Virus record (IMG/VR): IMGVR_UViG_2974792740_000001
Span: 1-64,000 of that record
DNA length: 64,000 bases
Direction: 5' to 3' (one strand)
Source of the DNA: a virus
Taxonomy: Duplodnaviria; Caudoviricetes
The translations under genes and the position numbers were made by a program. Shown piece after piece: positions 18,801-30,514 of this stretch; the stretch's first letter is position 1; every line of letters starts with the position of its first letter. The notes under the pieces are model-generated. The model worked only from the letters and a program-made list of their open reading frames with translations. It did not search any database and had not been told where the DNA came from.

Positions 18801-21800
18801 ATAAGGTGTGGGGCTGGATCAAAAAGGGCGCAGAGGCTATGGGCTCTCTGTTCTCGCGCATCGCAAGTGGTATCGAGCGGGCGTTCTCGGGTATCGCGAA
18901 TGTCCTGAAAACTCCGATCCACCTTGTGGGCAAGCTGTTGTCGTGGATGGGCAACCTGAAGATTCTGGGTAAGAATCTGCCGGGATCCGAAAATCTGCGC
19001 AATGTGGGTGAGCGACTTCAGAAGTTGCGTGTCGGTGGTTCTGTTCCTGCGGGTGTTGACGCTGAGGGCTGGTTGTATGGCCCTGGTGGTTCGCGCGAGG
19101 ATCAGGTGTTGGGTATCGACCCGCGCACGGGCCAGCCGACTGCGTTTGTGTCGCCGGAAGAGTTTGTGGTCAATGCTCGTTCGGCTGCGAAGTATGCGCC
19201 GCTGGTGGAGGCCATCAACCGGGATGATCCGCGCCTGTCGGGGTTGGCTCGCCTGGATACGGGTGGCCGTCCGGATGGTCAGGGCATGTCGCGTGAGCAG
19301 TTTGACACTGCCTGGCATCGGTACTTTGAGCGGTACGGCTCGAAGACCGTGTATGACAATGCGGTTGGTGGAACGTACTACTCGAATGCTGAGGAGCGTC
19401 GAGCACCTTCGCCTGGTGACATCCAGGTCAACGGTAGCGGCAATGTTGGTGAGTGGCGCGAGAACTACCTGTACCACAACAAGGACATTGCGCGGCTGTA
19501 CAGGTCGGGCCAGATGCCTCCTTCGTTCGCTGAGCGTGACCACACGTTGGCGTGGAAGGCGTATCTGAATTCGACTGCACGGTACGGCTATCGCCCGCAT
19601 GACCGTCGTGTCATTGAGAAGCTGGAACAGTACAAGAACGTTGTCCCGTATGCGCCTGGCTACACCGATGGTCAGCGCGATGCGTGGCTCGACAAGTACT
19701 CCGGTATCAAGGCTATGCGTGACGCTGGGCAGATGCCGCCGAGTGTGGCTGACATCCAGAAGCAGGTTGCCCGCGAGGATTTGTTCAACGCGGAGTGGGA
19801 GCGGTATCTCAAGACTCGCATGTTGGATGCGGACAATGAGACCAACCGGAACGTCTTCTGGACGAACAACCCGCAACTGAAGCAGCGTTGGAACGAGGGC
19901 GGTCTGCCTCCGGATCGCGACCAGAATTGGCGTCTTGACCCGACGTGGAAGCCGGAAGTTGAAGAGCTTCCTGGTGGCGAGTCGGGCGGCGAGTTCCAGT
20001 TGCCTGAGGGTGGAAGCCCGAGTGGTGGCGGAGATTTCGGTGGCGGCAACTATGGTGGCGGTTCCGGCGAGTGGGGTGCGGATGGCTCTGACGGGTCGAA
20101 TCCAGCCAACCAGAAGTCGGAGTTGCAGAAGGCTGCGGATGCTGCGGTAGCCGCCGGCCAGGCCAAGGGTATCGATGTTGCTGTTGCGATTTCGGATCCG
20201 AAGACTGGTGAGAGCTACACCGTTAACGCGGATAAGTCGATGCCGTCTGCGTCGGAGATCAAGCTGGCTGTGGCTTTGGCTGCGGCTAAGAAGGTTGATG
20301 CTGGCGAGTTGACGATGGAGCAGATTCAGGGCGACTTGAATCCGATGATCTCCAACTCGGACAACGAGGCTACGAACCGTCTGATCGACAAGGTTGGCGG
20401 TTTCGAGGCGGTCAACTCGGCTATGGCGGGCATGGGTGTTTCGTCGAATGATGTTCGGCTTGGGCGGAAGCTCGGTGTCGAGTTCGGTGGCGAGGATCCG
20501 AACCGGATGACTGTCAGGGGCGCTAACGCGTTGCTGGGCATCATCTATCAGTCCGCTAATGGTTCGGGCAAGGTGTCGCAGAAGTCGGCGAAGTCGATTG
20601 TGGATGCGATGAAGGCTCAGACGGTTGACACCAAGTTTGGTGCGGTGTTGCCGAACGACCAGATCGCGCACAAGACGGGTGAGCTTGGTGGCTCGTCGCA
20701 CGACATGGGTTACATCTTCGATGGCGACAAGTGGCTCGCTGTGAGCATCATGACCAACAAGTCGGGTGGTGCGGATCAGGCTGCGAACAACGAGATCATT
20801 CAGCAGTTCGCGAAGGATGTGTACCAGAACCGTCAGGGTCAGATTGGTCAGCCTCAGGGCCAGCCGTCGGGCATGGGTGGTTCGGGTTCGGACCTGAACA
20901 TTGCTGGGGCAACTGAGTTTGCTCGATCGATGGATGGTGTGCCGTATCTGATGGGTGGTTTCTCTCGGGATTCCATCGACTGCTCGGGCATGGTGTCGGC
21001 TGTTGTCAACGTGGCGAAGAACCTTGATCCGTTTGATTCTCGGATGTCGACTGTCACTGAGGGTGACTGGTTGAAGAAGAAGGGCGCTCTGGACGGGCAA
21101 GGCTCGCAGGGTGATCTTCGGATTGGCTGGTGGGATCAGGGCGGTGGCGCTAACGGCCATACTGCGGGCACGTTCCCGGATGGTACGAACTTCGAATCTA
21201 CGGGTCCGAAGGTGCGTATCGGTGGGCCGGTTGGCTTCAACGACAAGCAGTTCACCGATCACATGTACTTCCCTGGTGGGGGCGCTACTGGCTTGAATTC
21301 GACTGGCACCCCTGGCGTTGGTCCGGATGGTCAGTACACCGAACCTGGCGGCGAAGGCGATCCGTACAACACGGGTGGTCCGGAAGAGTCGGATACCTAC
21401 ACGCCTGAAGAGTGGGCGAAGGTTCCGTGGCAGGACAAGTTGTTCCCGAAGACGGGCCAGAAGAAGGCTCCGGATGGGGAAAGCGACAAGCTGTCCATTC
21501 CGGGTTACGCGGGTCGCGCGGGTGAGATTCTGGCGCAAGGCGCGTTGGACTTCTTCGGTTTGGGTAGCTCGATTCTGTCTGACGACAACGAGTGGAACCG
21601 TGCGATCAATGACACCTACACGTGGTGGGGCGATCAGGAACGCAAGAAGAACCTGAAGAAGAACAAGAAGGACGCTCCCCCGGCTGGTACGGGTGCCCGC
21701 AACGATCCCATGACGAAGCAGTTGCTTCCCGGATCGAACCCTGGCACAACGCCTCCCGGTCAGCAGACACCTGCTCCTGCGCCGGCTGATCCGTCCAAGA

Positions 21801-22654
21801 CGGGTCCGTTCAAGGATCGTGTTATGCACGCCCTGAAGGACTTCGGCTGGAATGTCGGGCCTGAGTGGACAGCTACCGAGAAGATCAAGGGCAAGGAATC
21901 TGGTCCGGACTGGAACAATGTCCGCGCTCAGAACCCGAACTCGACGGCTTACGGTCTGTTCCAGTTCTTGGATCAGACGTGGGGCACTGTCGGCATGTCG
22001 AAGACGGATGATCCGTTCCTTCAGGGTGTTGCGTTTGGTAAGTACATTCGCGGCACTGAGAAGTACGGCACTCCGTCGAAGGCTTTGGCTCATCATGAGG
22101 CTCAGGGCTGGTATGCCGATGGTGGTTGGGTTGCTGGTCCTGGTGGTCCTCGTGATGACCGCATTCGTGCGATGTTGTCGAACAAGGAATTCGTGGTGAA
22201 TGCCAAGTCGGCTGACGCTGCGGGTGGCTTGTTGGATGTCATCAATGATTCGCCTGAGGCTGCGGGAAACCTGGCTTCGATGGTCGCTGCGGGCGCTTCG
22301 GCGATTCCCGGCATTGGTCCTGCTATTGCTGCTGCTGCTCCCGCTATCGGCGGTGCGGTCAAGCATGGTGTGGGCGGACTCAAGGTTGGTGCTGAGACGC
22401 TTCACAAGAATGGAACTGAGTTCCTTTCGAAGTTGGAGATGTCTCGGTTGCAGACCATTGAGACTCTTGGCGGTGCTGCTACGAAGGCACCTTTGAATAC
22501 GAAGGCTCCGGCGTCTTCCGGGGCAGCCCATGTCGACAACCGTTCGTCGTATGGGGATATTTACGCGCTGTCTGCGCGTGAGTTCGAGAAGGTTATCGAG
22601 AAGAACGCTGCACATAAGGCGTTCTCGCATATTGGTTTGAAGACCACGCGCTAA
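15821..22654 (+). CDS. Tape measure protein with beta-lactamase-like, NlpC/P60-like and lytic transglycosylase-like domains
   Basis: 2277 aa, Ala/Gly-rich coiled coil and hydrophobic stretches; SxxK/SDN/KTG, DCSG..H and ES..AYGLFQF motifs in the C-terminal third. Confidence 0.95.
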   Translation: MAAASARKVIGDAILKIAPSLNGFKKKAEEELKKIQLTKDVTLLVDTKVFKARVEQALKEVQKELTIDLGVRTSTATSRIREWRERQEANDIQIGVDADTAKGKAEITQLREKEEHDDIQIDVDADTRKARNEIDDLKYQFRVVQGFTGMTIFNLSNITMAATGIAGIVGLLGGVVAGAAAAATALGAMGGAVAIGSSGIFNAFTELNAEKKTAATRDPSKDAKKATDALREQREATQRVADAQQALRNSSDDLASDQQKLRDATRDATREIRDQRLELEETGQSQERAAINVARARERLSQVRYDYSVGKASRLDVQDAALSVKESETRLRRAQNQTDDVRANANQVYANGVERNPKVVSARRDVERGQQTVKRNERELSDAVTDARNVQANAGAVADKTSRFDEAMKKLSPNAQQFVRDVRSLGGAWRELRMSVQDTLFDGLGEKIKLVAQGQLPALRSGMERVAGTANGALKSSLDVLNSTFTEFSNNGTALKFWQSVQDQFRNFAPVIDAVARTLTTLSIQAGNGVGTFFGDLGVFLNDGAQMWGEFGGQAMVTLGNLLHLFNRFSETLMPTFQAALPAIEQVFASLNQVLGDNQGRLAEFMTAIGGALSQLIIAAAPLLVAVIEPLTMLLNAISALPTWLIAGAFAFIVISRSILQAVIGIGNLIGRIVAAGQGFRNLRNASIHFSQGMRNDANLAGTGASTAMYKFGQQYQRVMVGVQETSTRSWGIFRRTAENAAMGASRAVGNVRTGVAQLITTTDRATAAQGRLGRAMEAAGRMSPWARILSILTLVATIAGTVMMLFGMGDASAQTSMDGTTEGMDEMSSGIGGATDKMMIFLSVITLLPMALGSATARTKLATAATNLWTAATGRLAMAMNFLKGLPARLAAVAIGTKLVAGATRAWAVVQAALNVVMSMNPIGLVVIAIAALVAGVIWAWNKFEGFRNAVKFLWDLFLNTNPIALLVKGILWVVENFDKVVNVFGSLGKAWDKVWGWIKKGAEAMGSLFSRIASGIERAFSGIANVLKTPIHLVGKLLSWMGNLKILGKNLPGSENLRNVGERLQKLRVGGSVPAGVDAEGWLYGPGGSREDQVLGIDPRTGQPTAFVSPEEFVVNARSAAKYAPLVEAINRDDPRLSGLARLDTGGRPDGQGMSREQFDTAWHRYFERYGSKTVYDNAVGGTYYSNAEERRAPSPGDIQVNGSGNVGEWRENYLYHNKDIARLYRSGQMPPSFAERDHTLAWKAYLNSTARYGYRPHDRRVIEKLEQYKNVVPYAPGYTDGQRDAWLDKYSGIKAMRDAGQMPPSVADIQKQVAREDLFNAEWERYLKTRMLDADNETNRNVFWTNNPQLKQRWNEGGLPPDRDQNWRLDPTWKPEVEELPGGESGGEFQLPEGGSPSGGGDFGGGNYGGGSGEWGADGSDGSNPANQKSELQKAADAAVAAGQAKGIDVAVAISDPKTGESYTVNADKSMPSASEIKLAVALAAAKKVDAGELTMEQIQGDLNPMISNSDNEATNRLIDKVGGFEAVNSAMAGMGVSSNDVRLGRKLGVEFGGEDPNRMTVRGANALLGIIYQSANGSGKVSQKSAKSIVDAMKAQTVDTKFGAVLPNDQIAHKTGELGGSSHDMGYIFDGDKWLAVSIMTNKSGGADQAANNEIIQQFAKDVYQNRQGQIGQPQGQPSGMGGSGSDLNIAGATEFARSMDGVPYLMGGFSRDSIDCSGMVSAVVNVAKNLDPFDSRMSTVTEGDWLKKKGALDGQGSQGDLRIGWWDQGGGANGHTAGTFPDGTNFESTGPKVRIGGPVGFNDKQFTDHMYFPGGGATGLNSTGTPGVGPDGQYTEPGGEGDPYNTGGPEESDTYTPEEWAKVPWQDKLFPKTGQKKAPDGESDKLSIPGYAGRAGEILAQGALDFFGLGSSILSDDNEWNRAINDTYTWWGDQERKKNLKKNKKDAPPAGTGARNDPMTKQLLPGSNPGTTPPGQQTPAPAPADPSKTGPFKDRVMHALKDFGWNVGPEWTATEKIKGKESGPDWNNVRAQNPNSTAYGLFQFLDQTWGTVGMSKTDDPFLQGVAFGKYIRGTEKYGTPSKALAHHEAQGWYADGGWVAGPGGPRDDRIRAMLSNKEFVVNAKSADAAGGLLDVINDSPEAAGNLASMVAAGASAIPGIGPAIAAAAPAIGGAVKHGVGGLKVGAETLHKNGTEFLSKLEMSRLQTIETLGGAATKAPLNTKAPASSGAAHVDNRSSYGDIYALSAREFEKVIEKNAAHKAFSHIGLKTTR

Positions 22655-22697
22655 GTCTCGGTTCCTCCAATTTGTCGATTGTTTGGGGAGTAGAAGT

Positions 22698-23609
22698 ATG
22701 CCTGAATCCGATCTGTCTATCGAGTGGCGCGGACCCGATGGTTCCGTTTGGAACGTGTCTGGTCGAGACGCAGAACGGCAGGGCGTGCTTCTGCTCCCCA
22801 AGCCGACAAAGCTGTATGACGCACCTACCGTCACCTATTGGGCGGAATCTGCGTGGAAGCATGTATATCAGGGTTTCCGGCTGGAACGCCGCGAGCCTGT
22901 GATCGGTTTCCAAATCTGGGGTGGCTTTGGTGGTTCTGCCCGCGACTGGCGAGAAGTTGATTCTGAGTTCTCGATGGCGTGGGAGTTTGAGCGCGAAGGC
23001 CAGCTCGTGTTCATCACGAATGATGGTGAACGTTCTCTTGGGTTGCGCAAGCTGTCTGATCCCGTCTGCTATGAGGGCGAGATTGAGAATGGCCGTGACC
23101 CGCATCTGCTGGCCGACGCCACTGTGGTGATCAATGCGGCTGGCGAGAACCCGTTGTGGGTGGGCGAGACTGTCACTGAGCAGTTTGTGTGCCCGACCAC
23201 TTCTGGGTCCACGACTTTCACTGTTGCGAATGACGGCAACACGGATATGTGGTTGCGGTGGACTGGCTCTGCTAGCGCCGCTAACGCCCGCTACACGCTC
23301 CCGGACTACTCGTTCGGGAATGACGAGTATGGGCGCGCACAGGCCGACTCAGCGCGAACCTGGACCCTTCCGCCGTTGATGAACGGCGAGCACTTCGATG
23401 TGAACGCCGATCCTGACGAGGAACTGTTCTTGTCGTCGATGGGCACCAATCCGTGGGCACGTGCATCCGGTAACGGTTTGATGTATCCGATTCCGCCCCA
23501 CACACCTCCCACCTCACTGACTGTGTCGTGGACTGGTGTGGCCGTGGGCGACTCAATTGGCTTGCAGTACACGCGGATGTACACCAAGCCGTGGGGGGTT
23601 TCTCGATGA
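22698..23609 (+). CDS. Minor tail protein (distal tail protein-like)
   Basis: First gene after tape measure; IEWRGPDGSVWNVSG motif. Confidence 0.8.
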   Translation: MPESDLSIEWRGPDGSVWNVSGRDAERQGVLLLPKPTKLYDAPTVTYWAESAWKHVYQGFRLERREPVIGFQIWGGFGGSARDWREVDSEFSMAWEFEREGQLVFITNDGERSLGLRKLSDPVCYEGEIENGRDPHLLADATVVINAAGENPLWVGETVTEQFVCPTTSGSTTFTVANDGNTDMWLRWTGSASAANARYTLPDYSFGNDEYGRAQADSARTWTLPPLMNGEHFDVNADPDEELFLSSMGTNPWARASGNGLMYPIPPHTPPTSLTVSWTGVAVGDSIGLQYTRMYTKPWGVSR

Positions 23610-25348
23610 CTACGCCGTTGGTTGACCTGTTTGAGGTGCGCGACACGTGCGATGCCACTCGGCAGGCGCACAAGGCTATGGCGAAACGTGCACCGTGGAT
23701 TCGATTGTGGGCCAACCCGCCTTCGGGCGAGGAGTCCCGTGGCCTGATTCTGCGGGGTGTTGTGCGTGACTCGATCGCAGGCCAGTTCCCGTTCACGATC
23801 AAGGAACCGGCGCAGGGCACGTTGCGTCTGCGGCTGGATCACTATCTGGCGAAGTGGCTGATCTCGATTCCGGATGACCCGGAAGCCAAGAAGAATGTGG
23901 TGATCTCGGTGGATCACATGGGGCGCGGCAAGAATTGCAAGCTGCGCTGGTCGGGCATGTTGCATCACTGGCAGGTCACGAAGGACGGCCAGGGTGTCTA
24001 TTACCTGGAAGCCGTGTTCGTTGATGACCGGCAGATGATTTCATTTCTGCTCGGTCCCCCGAACCCGGCGTTGCCGATCCCGATCTTCCAATTCCCGCGT
24101 GTGCTACCACTTTTCGGACCTGCGCGCTGGATCGTAAGCTTCCTCATCCTCATAAACATTATGCGAGTGGAGGCTTCGTGGTGGACGCTCCCGGATGACC
24201 CTTTCACGTCGAACGGCTGGATGTCCAAAATTGACTCGTCGAGATGGCAGGCGCACATCAAGTGCGGAAGCCTTCTGGGCGATGATTCGTTGTGGGCGTT
24301 GCTCGCTACCCGTATGCAACCACTGGATACGGTCATCAGCGAGGTACTGGATGACGCGAAACTGGTTCTGACATATCGACGCTACTTCACAGATGATGGT
24401 GAGACTGTTGCGGACGCGGGTTTGGATTTGCCGAGCATCCGTAATGGCGCAGTCGTTTTCGAGGTTGTCGACAAGTCGGGCTACCACAATCCGGATGGCA
24501 CGTGGTTCAACGGCGGCATCATTGGTGGGCTGACTCGTTCGGCGGTTCAGTTCTTGGACGGCTTCATTGAGTCGATCCTGACGCCGGTCACCGACGATCA
24601 GACCATCTGGCCGGACTCCTACTACGAGCCGGGATTCTTTGGACAAGTGCCAAACAGGCCGTGGATAGTGTTGCGGGATTCAAAGTGGTCTCAAATAGAG
24701 ACATCGAACTTAGCTTGGAATCCCGCTGGCCCTGTCTCGGTCGTGGTTGGTGGCGCGAACCCGTATGCGGATCAGTTGGCTGAGCTGACCATTCAGATGG
24801 TCGGCAACATCCTGGGCTACTTTGCTCTGGCTGGTTTCTCGTCTGCTGGCGATATTGCGGCGTCGGTGATTATGCCATTCTTGCAGGGCACAATCCTGGC
24901 GTGGCAGCGGTTCACGAACCATCAGCGTGCACACAACCTTGGGTGGGTTCACCTGTGGGAAATCTATCAGCAGGGCGGCGACTCGAATGCGTGGTCGTTG
25001 GCCGCATTGGGTGCTCTGCGTGAGGGTTTCGAGGCCACGAAGTCTCAGACCACACATGAGTTCACGATGGGCATTGGCCCGATCTATCCGGGCATCCATT
25101 TCATGCCTGGTGATCGCTTGGGGTCGACTGCGGAGAAGATCATCCCGAACAAGGTGTTTGTGGATGCGGTTCAGGAGATCACTCTGACGTGGGATTTCTC
25201 GTCGGGTGGTTCTGACGGCCCGATGTACCAGTACACGGTTCAGGTCGGCACTAACACTGCCGCTATGTCTATTGCTGAGCGTCAGGCTCGGTTGATTTCG
25301 AAGGCTTTGGAGACGCTTCAAGAAATTGGCGTCCGAATGATTACTTAA
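23606..25348 (+). CDS. Minor tail protein (baseplate hub-like)
   Basis: Synteny; PNPALPIPIFQFPR motif typical of actinophage minor tail proteins. Confidence 0.8.
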   Translation: MTTPLVDLFEVRDTCDATRQAHKAMAKRAPWIRLWANPPSGEESRGLILRGVVRDSIAGQFPFTIKEPAQGTLRLRLDHYLAKWLISIPDDPEAKKNVVISVDHMGRGKNCKLRWSGMLHHWQVTKDGQGVYYLEAVFVDDRQMISFLLGPPNPALPIPIFQFPRVLPLFGPARWIVSFLILINIMRVEASWWTLPDDPFTSNGWMSKIDSSRWQAHIKCGSLLGDDSLWALLATRMQPLDTVISEVLDDAKLVLTYRRYFTDDGETVADAGLDLPSIRNGAVVFEVVDKSGYHNPDGTWFNGGIIGGLTRSAVQFLDGFIESILTPVTDDQTIWPDSYYEPGFFGQVPNRPWIVLRDSKWSQIETSNLAWNPAGPVSVVVGGANPYADQLAELTIQMVGNILGYFALAGFSSAGDIAASVIMPFLQGTILAWQRFTNHQRAHNLGWVHLWEIYQQGGDSNAWSLAALGALREGFEATKSQTTHEFTMGIGPIYPGIHFMPGDRLGSTAEKIIPNKVFVDAVQEITLTWDFSSGGSDGPMYQYTVQVGTNTAAMSIAERQARLISKALETLQEIGVRMIT

Positions 25349-25361
25349 GAGGTGTTTTTCA

Positions 25362-25826
25362 GTGGAAGAGCAGGCTTGCCAGTTCGTTGAGGATGTGACC
25401 GATTGGGAGGATCCTCGCCAGCATTTGGCTCCGTTCCTGTCGGCTTGGCCCGCGTTCGGGAAGATGCAGGCGATGCCTACGCCGTTGGCGTTGGTGCCTC
25501 ATCAGGCAGAGCATCTGTACCGCATGGGTATTCGGTTCCATCCGGAACTGGCCGAGGTAGTGAAGGTTCAGGACGCGGAGGGTGTGACCCATTGGGTGAC
25601 GCCTGAAGAGGTTGAGGAGATGCGGGAGGCTGGCAAGCTTTCTTCCAGTGACGCACTGGATTTGCTGGCGAAGATCAATCCGGACAAGGCTGCCGAGATT
25701 GCAAGCATGTCGGATGAGGAACGTGCCGCACAGTTCGAAGAGTCTGCTCCTGAGTTGGCGGATGCGTTGCGGGAGTTGACGAAGCTCCGTCAGGCGTTGG
25801 AGGTGGCTAATGCCGGTAGTTCCTAA
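25362..25826 (+). CDS. Minor tail-associated protein (DUF2744-like)
   Basis: AEHLYRMGIRFHPELA motif; synteny. Confidence 0.6.
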   Translation: MEEQACQFVEDVTDWEDPRQHLAPFLSAWPAFGKMQAMPTPLALVPHQAEHLYRMGIRFHPELAEVVKVQDAEGVTHWVTPEEVEEMREAGKLSSSDALDLLAKINPDKAAEIASMSDEERAAQFEESAPELADALRELTKLRQALEVANAGSS

Positions 25827-27396
25827 TGGCTTCAGCGGTCTGACAATGCCGAACAACACGTTTGGTGTCGGGGCTGGCGGCGCTCAGCGAGTCAAGTTTG
25901 AGAACCGTTCGCAGTCCACGGTTGAGGGCATTCTGAAGTCGGATCATAAGCCGGGTATCGATGAGAACTTCGGCGGGTTCAACACGGGCTTGATTGGTGT
26001 TCTTCAGCGGGTGTTGATGGGCACTGGCGGCGGCGGGCCGTTGTCGGCTGGCCTTGCGTGGCTTCGGGATTTGATGGGCCAGCGGTGGAAACAGGCTGAT
26101 GAGACTGCGGAGTCTGTGGTGTCGGTTGGTACCCAGATTCACTATGTGACTGAGGTGATCGCGCTTCAGTCGGGCATGGGTGTGCATGAGACTGGCCCGG
26201 ATCGCACGGGTACGCCTAGCTTCCCGTTCAGCTTGTTGAATCTGCACACGCATCAGATGGACTTTCGCACGGGGTCGACGGATTCGCACACTCACGCAGT
26301 GATTGGCTCCACCACTGCGATGGTGACTCCCACGGTGAATGTCACAGCGGCATACGCACCGTGGGGCAACGTCATTTTCAAGTCGGCGGCTCAGCGCAAG
26401 GTGATTACGTTCCTGGCGTACCGAACTGGCACGGTCAGCTCGTTCAACGTTGACGTGTACAAGCTTGAGGCTGATGGGTCTTCGTCGATCGTGTACTCGT
26501 CTCCGAATCTGGCGGGCAACCTGACGACCACTATCGCCTGGCAGCAGCATCTCATGGACAACGGGATCAACGCGGACATGGGTGACTCCTATGACGTGCA
26601 GTTTCGGATGACTGGCAGCGGCTCGGTGAGTCTGGCGGGGTTGAATTTTCCGAATCCGACACCACTGCCTGGCTTCAGGCCGTATGCGTCTGGTTCGGGG
26701 CGGAACCCGACTTCGATTCCTGTTCCGGCGACTATCCCGGTCATCGAGCGAGATGCCATGTATGTGGGTCCGACGCCGTTCGTGTCTTTGGGTATCGATG
26801 TGGGTCAGGCGAGCATTCCGCGCTTTGTGTTCGACGACTTCAACCGCGCATCGTTCGGCAACCGCTGGATCACCTACGGTCCTATCGAGATTTCGAGCAA
26901 CCGTGTCCAGCACTCTGGTTCGTTCTTGGATAACAACTCTGGCGCTGCGATGTATGCGCAACCGATGGCTTCTGACGCGATTGAGGTATCGGCTGACATC
27001 TTCGTGGACACTCACGCCGCTGGTATCGGCTTGTGCATGGCGCAGGGCATGACTGGCGGTGTGTGGGTGGCTGTTGAGGACAACAACTCCGAGTTCCGGG
27101 GTGTGCGAATTCAGACTGGTCACTACGACTCTCGGACATCGCGGGCAAGCCTGCCGATGACAGCCGCACCGGCATCGGGGCGTTACACGCTGAGGTATGA
27201 CCCAAGTGACAACACCTATCGGGTCTATTTCGGCAATCCTGATGGGGCTGAGCCGATTCTGACGTGGACTGACACTGGAAACATCGTGCCGCACGGCATT
27301 GGCCGGCGGTGGGTGGGGGTTTTTGCCCGTCGGGCATTCACGAATGTGGGTGGCCGTGTCGACAACTTCACTGCCGCTGACATTGTCGCGGATTAA
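25810..27396 (+). CDS. Minor tail protein
   Basis: 528 aa beta-rich, FDDFNRAS motif, lectin-like C-terminus. Confidence 0.75.
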   Translation: MPVVPNGFSGLTMPNNTFGVGAGGAQRVKFENRSQSTVEGILKSDHKPGIDENFGGFNTGLIGVLQRVLMGTGGGGPLSAGLAWLRDLMGQRWKQADETAESVVSVGTQIHYVTEVIALQSGMGVHETGPDRTGTPSFPFSLLNLHTHQMDFRTGSTDSHTHAVIGSTTAMVTPTVNVTAAYAPWGNVIFKSAAQRKVITFLAYRTGTVSSFNVDVYKLEADGSSSIVYSSPNLAGNLTTTIAWQQHLMDNGINADMGDSYDVQFRMTGSGSVSLAGLNFPNPTPLPGFRPYASGSGRNPTSIPVPATIPVIERDAMYVGPTPFVSLGIDVGQASIPRFVFDDFNRASFGNRWITYGPIEISSNRVQHSGSFLDNNSGAAMYAQPMASDAIEVSADIFVDTHAAGIGLCMAQGMTGGVWVAVEDNNSEFRGVRIQTGHYDSRTSRASLPMTAAPASGRYTLRYDPSDNTYRVYFGNPDGAEPILTWTDTGNIVPHGIGRRWVGVFARRAFTNVGGRVDNFTAADIVAD

Positions 27397-27413
27397 TACG
27401 TTTGGAGGCTGCA

Positions 27414-27719
27414 ATGGCAGACCTTGGTTATGAGCCCCTGAAAGGCCGTTTGATTCTGACCGATGGCGCTGACTGGGTGGTTACGCTCACGACCGGCGAT
27501 GTGTGGCCTGCTGGCACCACTGTGTGGGCGAAAGTGGGCGACCTCCCCCAGTGGGATGCGACCGTCGATGCGTCAACTGGCACTGCGTCTTTCAAGGTGC
27601 AGTCAGATATTACGGACACTGTTCCGGACAAGACGCCGTACTTCATCTATCTGCGGTATCCGGGTACGCCGAGCACTGAGTTTGCTTGGTTCCAGGACAA
27701 GGTTGCGAGGACGAAATGA
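27414..27719 (+). CDS. Small tail tip/fibre-associated protein
   Basis: SD GGAGG then ATG 27414; [17 protein letters not shown] motif. Confidence 0.6.
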   Translation: MADLGYEPLKGRLILTDGADWVVTLTTGDVWPAGTTVWAKVGDLPQWDATVDASTGTASFKVQSDITDTVPDKTPYFIYLRYPGTPSTEFAWFQDKVARTK

Positions 27720-29071
27720 CGCCGCTTTCTGGTGTGGTGCGTGTGACTTCACCGGGTGCGCCTGCAACTAAGGCTGTTTCTCCTGCGGGGTCTTCGGTGA
27801 AGGTGGCCCCGAGTACGCCTGGCCCTCCTGGTGTGAAGGGCGATCCGGGCGTGAAGGGCGATCCTGGGGCGCAGGGCAACCCCGGGCCTAAGGGCGATCC
27901 TGGCCCACAGGGCGATCCGGGGCCGAAGGGCGATCCGGGCGATGTGAGTACCGCGCAGTTGAATGCTGGTCTCGCCACAAAGGTTGACACCACGGATCCT
28001 CGTTTGAGTGATGCTCGCCCGTTGAAGATGATTGATGTGACGACTGCTACGGCTTCGGCTACGGCGGCGAAGGCTGTGACTGGGACTGCCCCGGTTGCTG
28101 GCGATTTCGTGGTGCTGCGGTTCACGAGTGGCACGTCGGCGGCTACGCCCACGCTGGCGTTCAATGGTGGCACTCCGTATCCGATTCGGCCTGGCAATCA
28201 GTCGAGTCCGGTGTCCACGTCGGTGTCGATCATTGCTGGCGGTTTGATGTTGCTGTACTTCGATGGTGCTGCGTATCAGATCATGTCGGAGGTGCAGCCT
28301 CAGACTGAGATTTCGGATGCGGAGATCACGGCGGGCACTGCTACGGCTAGCCGCTTCATTTCGGGTCGCCGGGTTACTTCGATTGTGAACAAGGCTCGGG
28401 AGACGATGGAGGCCACCGCCAACAAGGGTGTGGCTAACGGGTATGCCTCGTTGGATTCGGGTGGCAAGGTGCCGATAGCGCAGCTTCCTTCGACGATCAT
28501 GGAATACCTTGGTGTTTGGAACGCGAGCACGAACAGTCCGGCCCTGGTAGATGGCACTGGCAATGTTGGTGATGTGTGGCGTGTTGGCACTGCCGGCGCA
28601 CGCAACTTGGGTTCGGGGACTATCGATTTCGCGGTTGGCGACTACTGCATATACAACGGGTCGACGTGGGAGAAGTCCGATACCACGGATGCTGTTGCGA
28701 GTGTCGCTGGCAAGACGGGTGTCGTGTTGCTGGTGAAGGGCGATGTCGGTTTGGGCAACGTGGACAACACGTCTGACGCCAATAAGCCGGTGAGCACTGC
28801 CACGCAGACTGCATTGAACGGCAAGGTGTCGACGATTGCTACGCCGTGGAAGATTTACTCCACGAGTGACACCGGCCTGCACGGTTTGGACTTCTCTGGC
28901 AATGACGCTACGGCGTGGACGATTGTTCAGCGCGGCGATGGTGGCGTGGTGAAGGTCGGTGCACCGTTGGCCGCGAATGATGCGGCCACGAAGGCGTATG
29001 TGGACGGCAAGGTTGTGTTCGGTGCGCTGCCCCCGACTGGGCAGGCTGGCGTTCTGTATGTGGTGCCCTGA
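27716..29071 (+). CDS. Collagen-like tail fibre protein
   Basis: (Gly-X-Y)n stretch; [30 protein letters not shown] and DAATKAYVD fibre motifs. Confidence 0.8.
   Translation: MTPLSGVVRVTSPGAPATKAVSPAGSSVKVAPSTPGPPGVKGDPGVKGDPGAQGNPGPKGDPGPQGDPGPKGDPGDVSTAQLNAGLATKVDTTDPRLSDARPLKMIDVTTATASATAAKAVTGTAPVAGDFVVLRFTSGTSAATPTLAFNGGTPYPIRPGNQSSPVSTSVSIIAGGLMLLYFDGAAYQIMSEVQPQTEISDAEITAGTATASRFISGRRVTSIVNKARETMEATANKGVANGYASLDSGGKVPIAQLPSTIMEYLGVWNASTNSPALVDGTGNVGDVWRVGTAGARNLGSGTIDFAVGDYCIYNGSTWEKSDTTDAVASVAGKTGVVLLVKGDVGLGNVDNTSDANKPVSTATQTALNGKVSTIATPWKIYSTSDTGLHGLDFSGNDATAWTIVQRGDGGVVKVGAPLAANDAATKAYVDGKVVFGALPPTGQAGVLYVVP
27821..27940 (+). repeat. Collagen Gly-X-Y repeat (KGDPG units)
   Basis: Repeated AAGGGCGATCC(G/T)GG units. 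Confidence 0.85.
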
Positions 29072-29763
29072 TGCCTTTGAAGCACTGGAACGGTACGGCT
29101 TTCGCTGATCCGTCCCAGTGTCGGGTGTGGAATGGTTCGGCGTTTGTTGCGCCTCAGGGTGTTTATGAGTGGAGCGGCGGTCAGTTCGTCAAGAAGTGGC
29201 CTAGCGTGACTACGCCTACGTTCGTGCAGGCTGTGGGTGTCGCTGGCTCCAACCAAACCCCAACGGTCAACATGACCACCAGTTCGGGGACGAAGTTGAT
29301 CATCGGCACGACTTCGAACTCGTATGGCGGGCTTGGCGTCACAATGGATGGCGGCGCGCTGACTCCACTGGGTACGGTCACGGCGACTCGTATCCACCAG
29401 TTCTTCGTTGTCGATTCGACGGCGGGCACTCACACCTTCGTGGTGGATGGCGGCGGCTCGTGGGAAACCATGATTGTCGCTGAGTACTCGGGTGTTTCGG
29501 CTGTTGGTCCGTACACATCCAAGGTGTCTAGCTCACAGATTGCGACGCACACGCCGGATGGTTCCGGGACGCTGGCGGTCGCACTGGTGGCCGGTGTTGC
29601 AGCATCATCCACCTCACCCAGCTACCTGGGGGATGTGCGGTTCCGCCAGATCGGCCAGGGAAGTAACAACCAATCTATCGCTCTAATCGATTCCCCGACT
29701 GCACCGTTGGGTATTAGCGCCAGCGGGTCGGCCATGTCGGTGGGCTGTGTCTGGCTGAGCTAA
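29071..29763 (+). CDS. Minor tail / fibre-tip protein
   Basis: KHWNGTAF..RVWNGSAF..YEWSGGQF repeats, then beta-rich domain. Confidence 0.6.
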   Translation: MPLKHWNGTAFADPSQCRVWNGSAFVAPQGVYEWSGGQFVKKWPSVTTPTFVQAVGVAGSNQTPTVNMTTSSGTKLIIGTTSNSYGGLGVTMDGGALTPLGTVTATRIHQFFVVDSTAGTHTFVVDGGGSWETMIVAEYSGVSAVGPYTSKVSSSQIATHTPDGSGTLAVALVAGVAASSTSPSYLGDVRFRQIGQGSNNQSIALIDSPTAPLGISASGSAMSVGCVWLS

Positions 29764-29776
29764 CTAGGAGGTACAC

Positions 29777-30514
29777 ATGCGGAAGATACTGCCTTTCGTA
29801 CCTTCGATCATCGTCCAAGAGACCTCATTTTGGTGCGGACCTGCCACTGTGCAGAACATCGCATCGTCTCGGAAGCGGATTGAAGAGCGGGATTTGGCCC
29901 GCGAAATGAAGACAACTACTAACGGCACCAACCATATTGGCTTGCTGGCGGCGGCGCTCCACAAGCACTTGGGTGTCCTGTACGCCACGGTGTTGATCGG
30001 TGGCGCTGACGCCACGAAGAAACAGCAGGACAAGCTTTGGGCTGACATCAAGGCGTCGGTGGATGGCGGCTATGGCGTTGCTATGAACTGGATTGCGCCG
30101 GTCGGCGGCTACCCCAAGGGCCAGCTCGGTTCCCCGAACCCCCGCTACGGCGGTGGCGACGTGTACCACTACGTGGCCGCGATGGGTTACGCCGAAGAGA
30201 ACGGCAAGCGGTACGTGTTCATCGCTGACTCTGGGTTCTCCCCGTTCCAGTACTGGGTGACCTTGGAGCAGTGTGCGACGTTGATCGCAGGCAAGGGTTA
30301 CGCGTATGCGGTGGTGCCGGTTGAGATTGAGGCCGACCCGGTGAATGCTGCTGTGCGCGAGGTTTTCGCGCCGCTGTCTCTGCTCGTGAAGGACGTGCGA
30401 GCACAGTTGACGGGTAGCCGCACCGCCGGCCGATTTGACGGCTGGCCCCAGTTGGGCAAACAGACCGTGGTGGACGCGTTGGGTGAGGTTCGGCGGGTGG
30501 TGTCTCGTGGTTGA
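29777..30514 (+). CDS. Lysin A part 1, C39-like cysteine peptidase
   Basis: QETSFWCGPAT (Q..C), HYVAAMGY (H), IADSG (D). Confidence 0.85.
   Translation: MRKILPFVPSIIVQETSFWCGPATVQNIASSRKRIEERDLAREMKTTTNGTNHIGLLAAALHKHLGVLYATVLIGGADATKKQQDKLWADIKASVDGGYGVAMNWIAPVGGYPKGQLGSPNPRYGGGDVYHYVAAMGYAEENGKRYVFIADSGFSPFQYWVTLEQCATLIAGKGYAYAVVPVEIEADPVNAAVREVFAPLSLLVKDVRAQLTGSRTAGRFDGWPQLGKQTVVDALGEVRRVVSRG

Noticed and set aside
15818-22834. 2338-aa antisense ORF spanning the tape measure gene
   Set aside because: It is in codon register with the TMP; antisense stops need TTA, CTA or TCA sense codons, which this GC-rich gene avoids. The translation is Arg/Leu/His-rich with no recognisable motifs.
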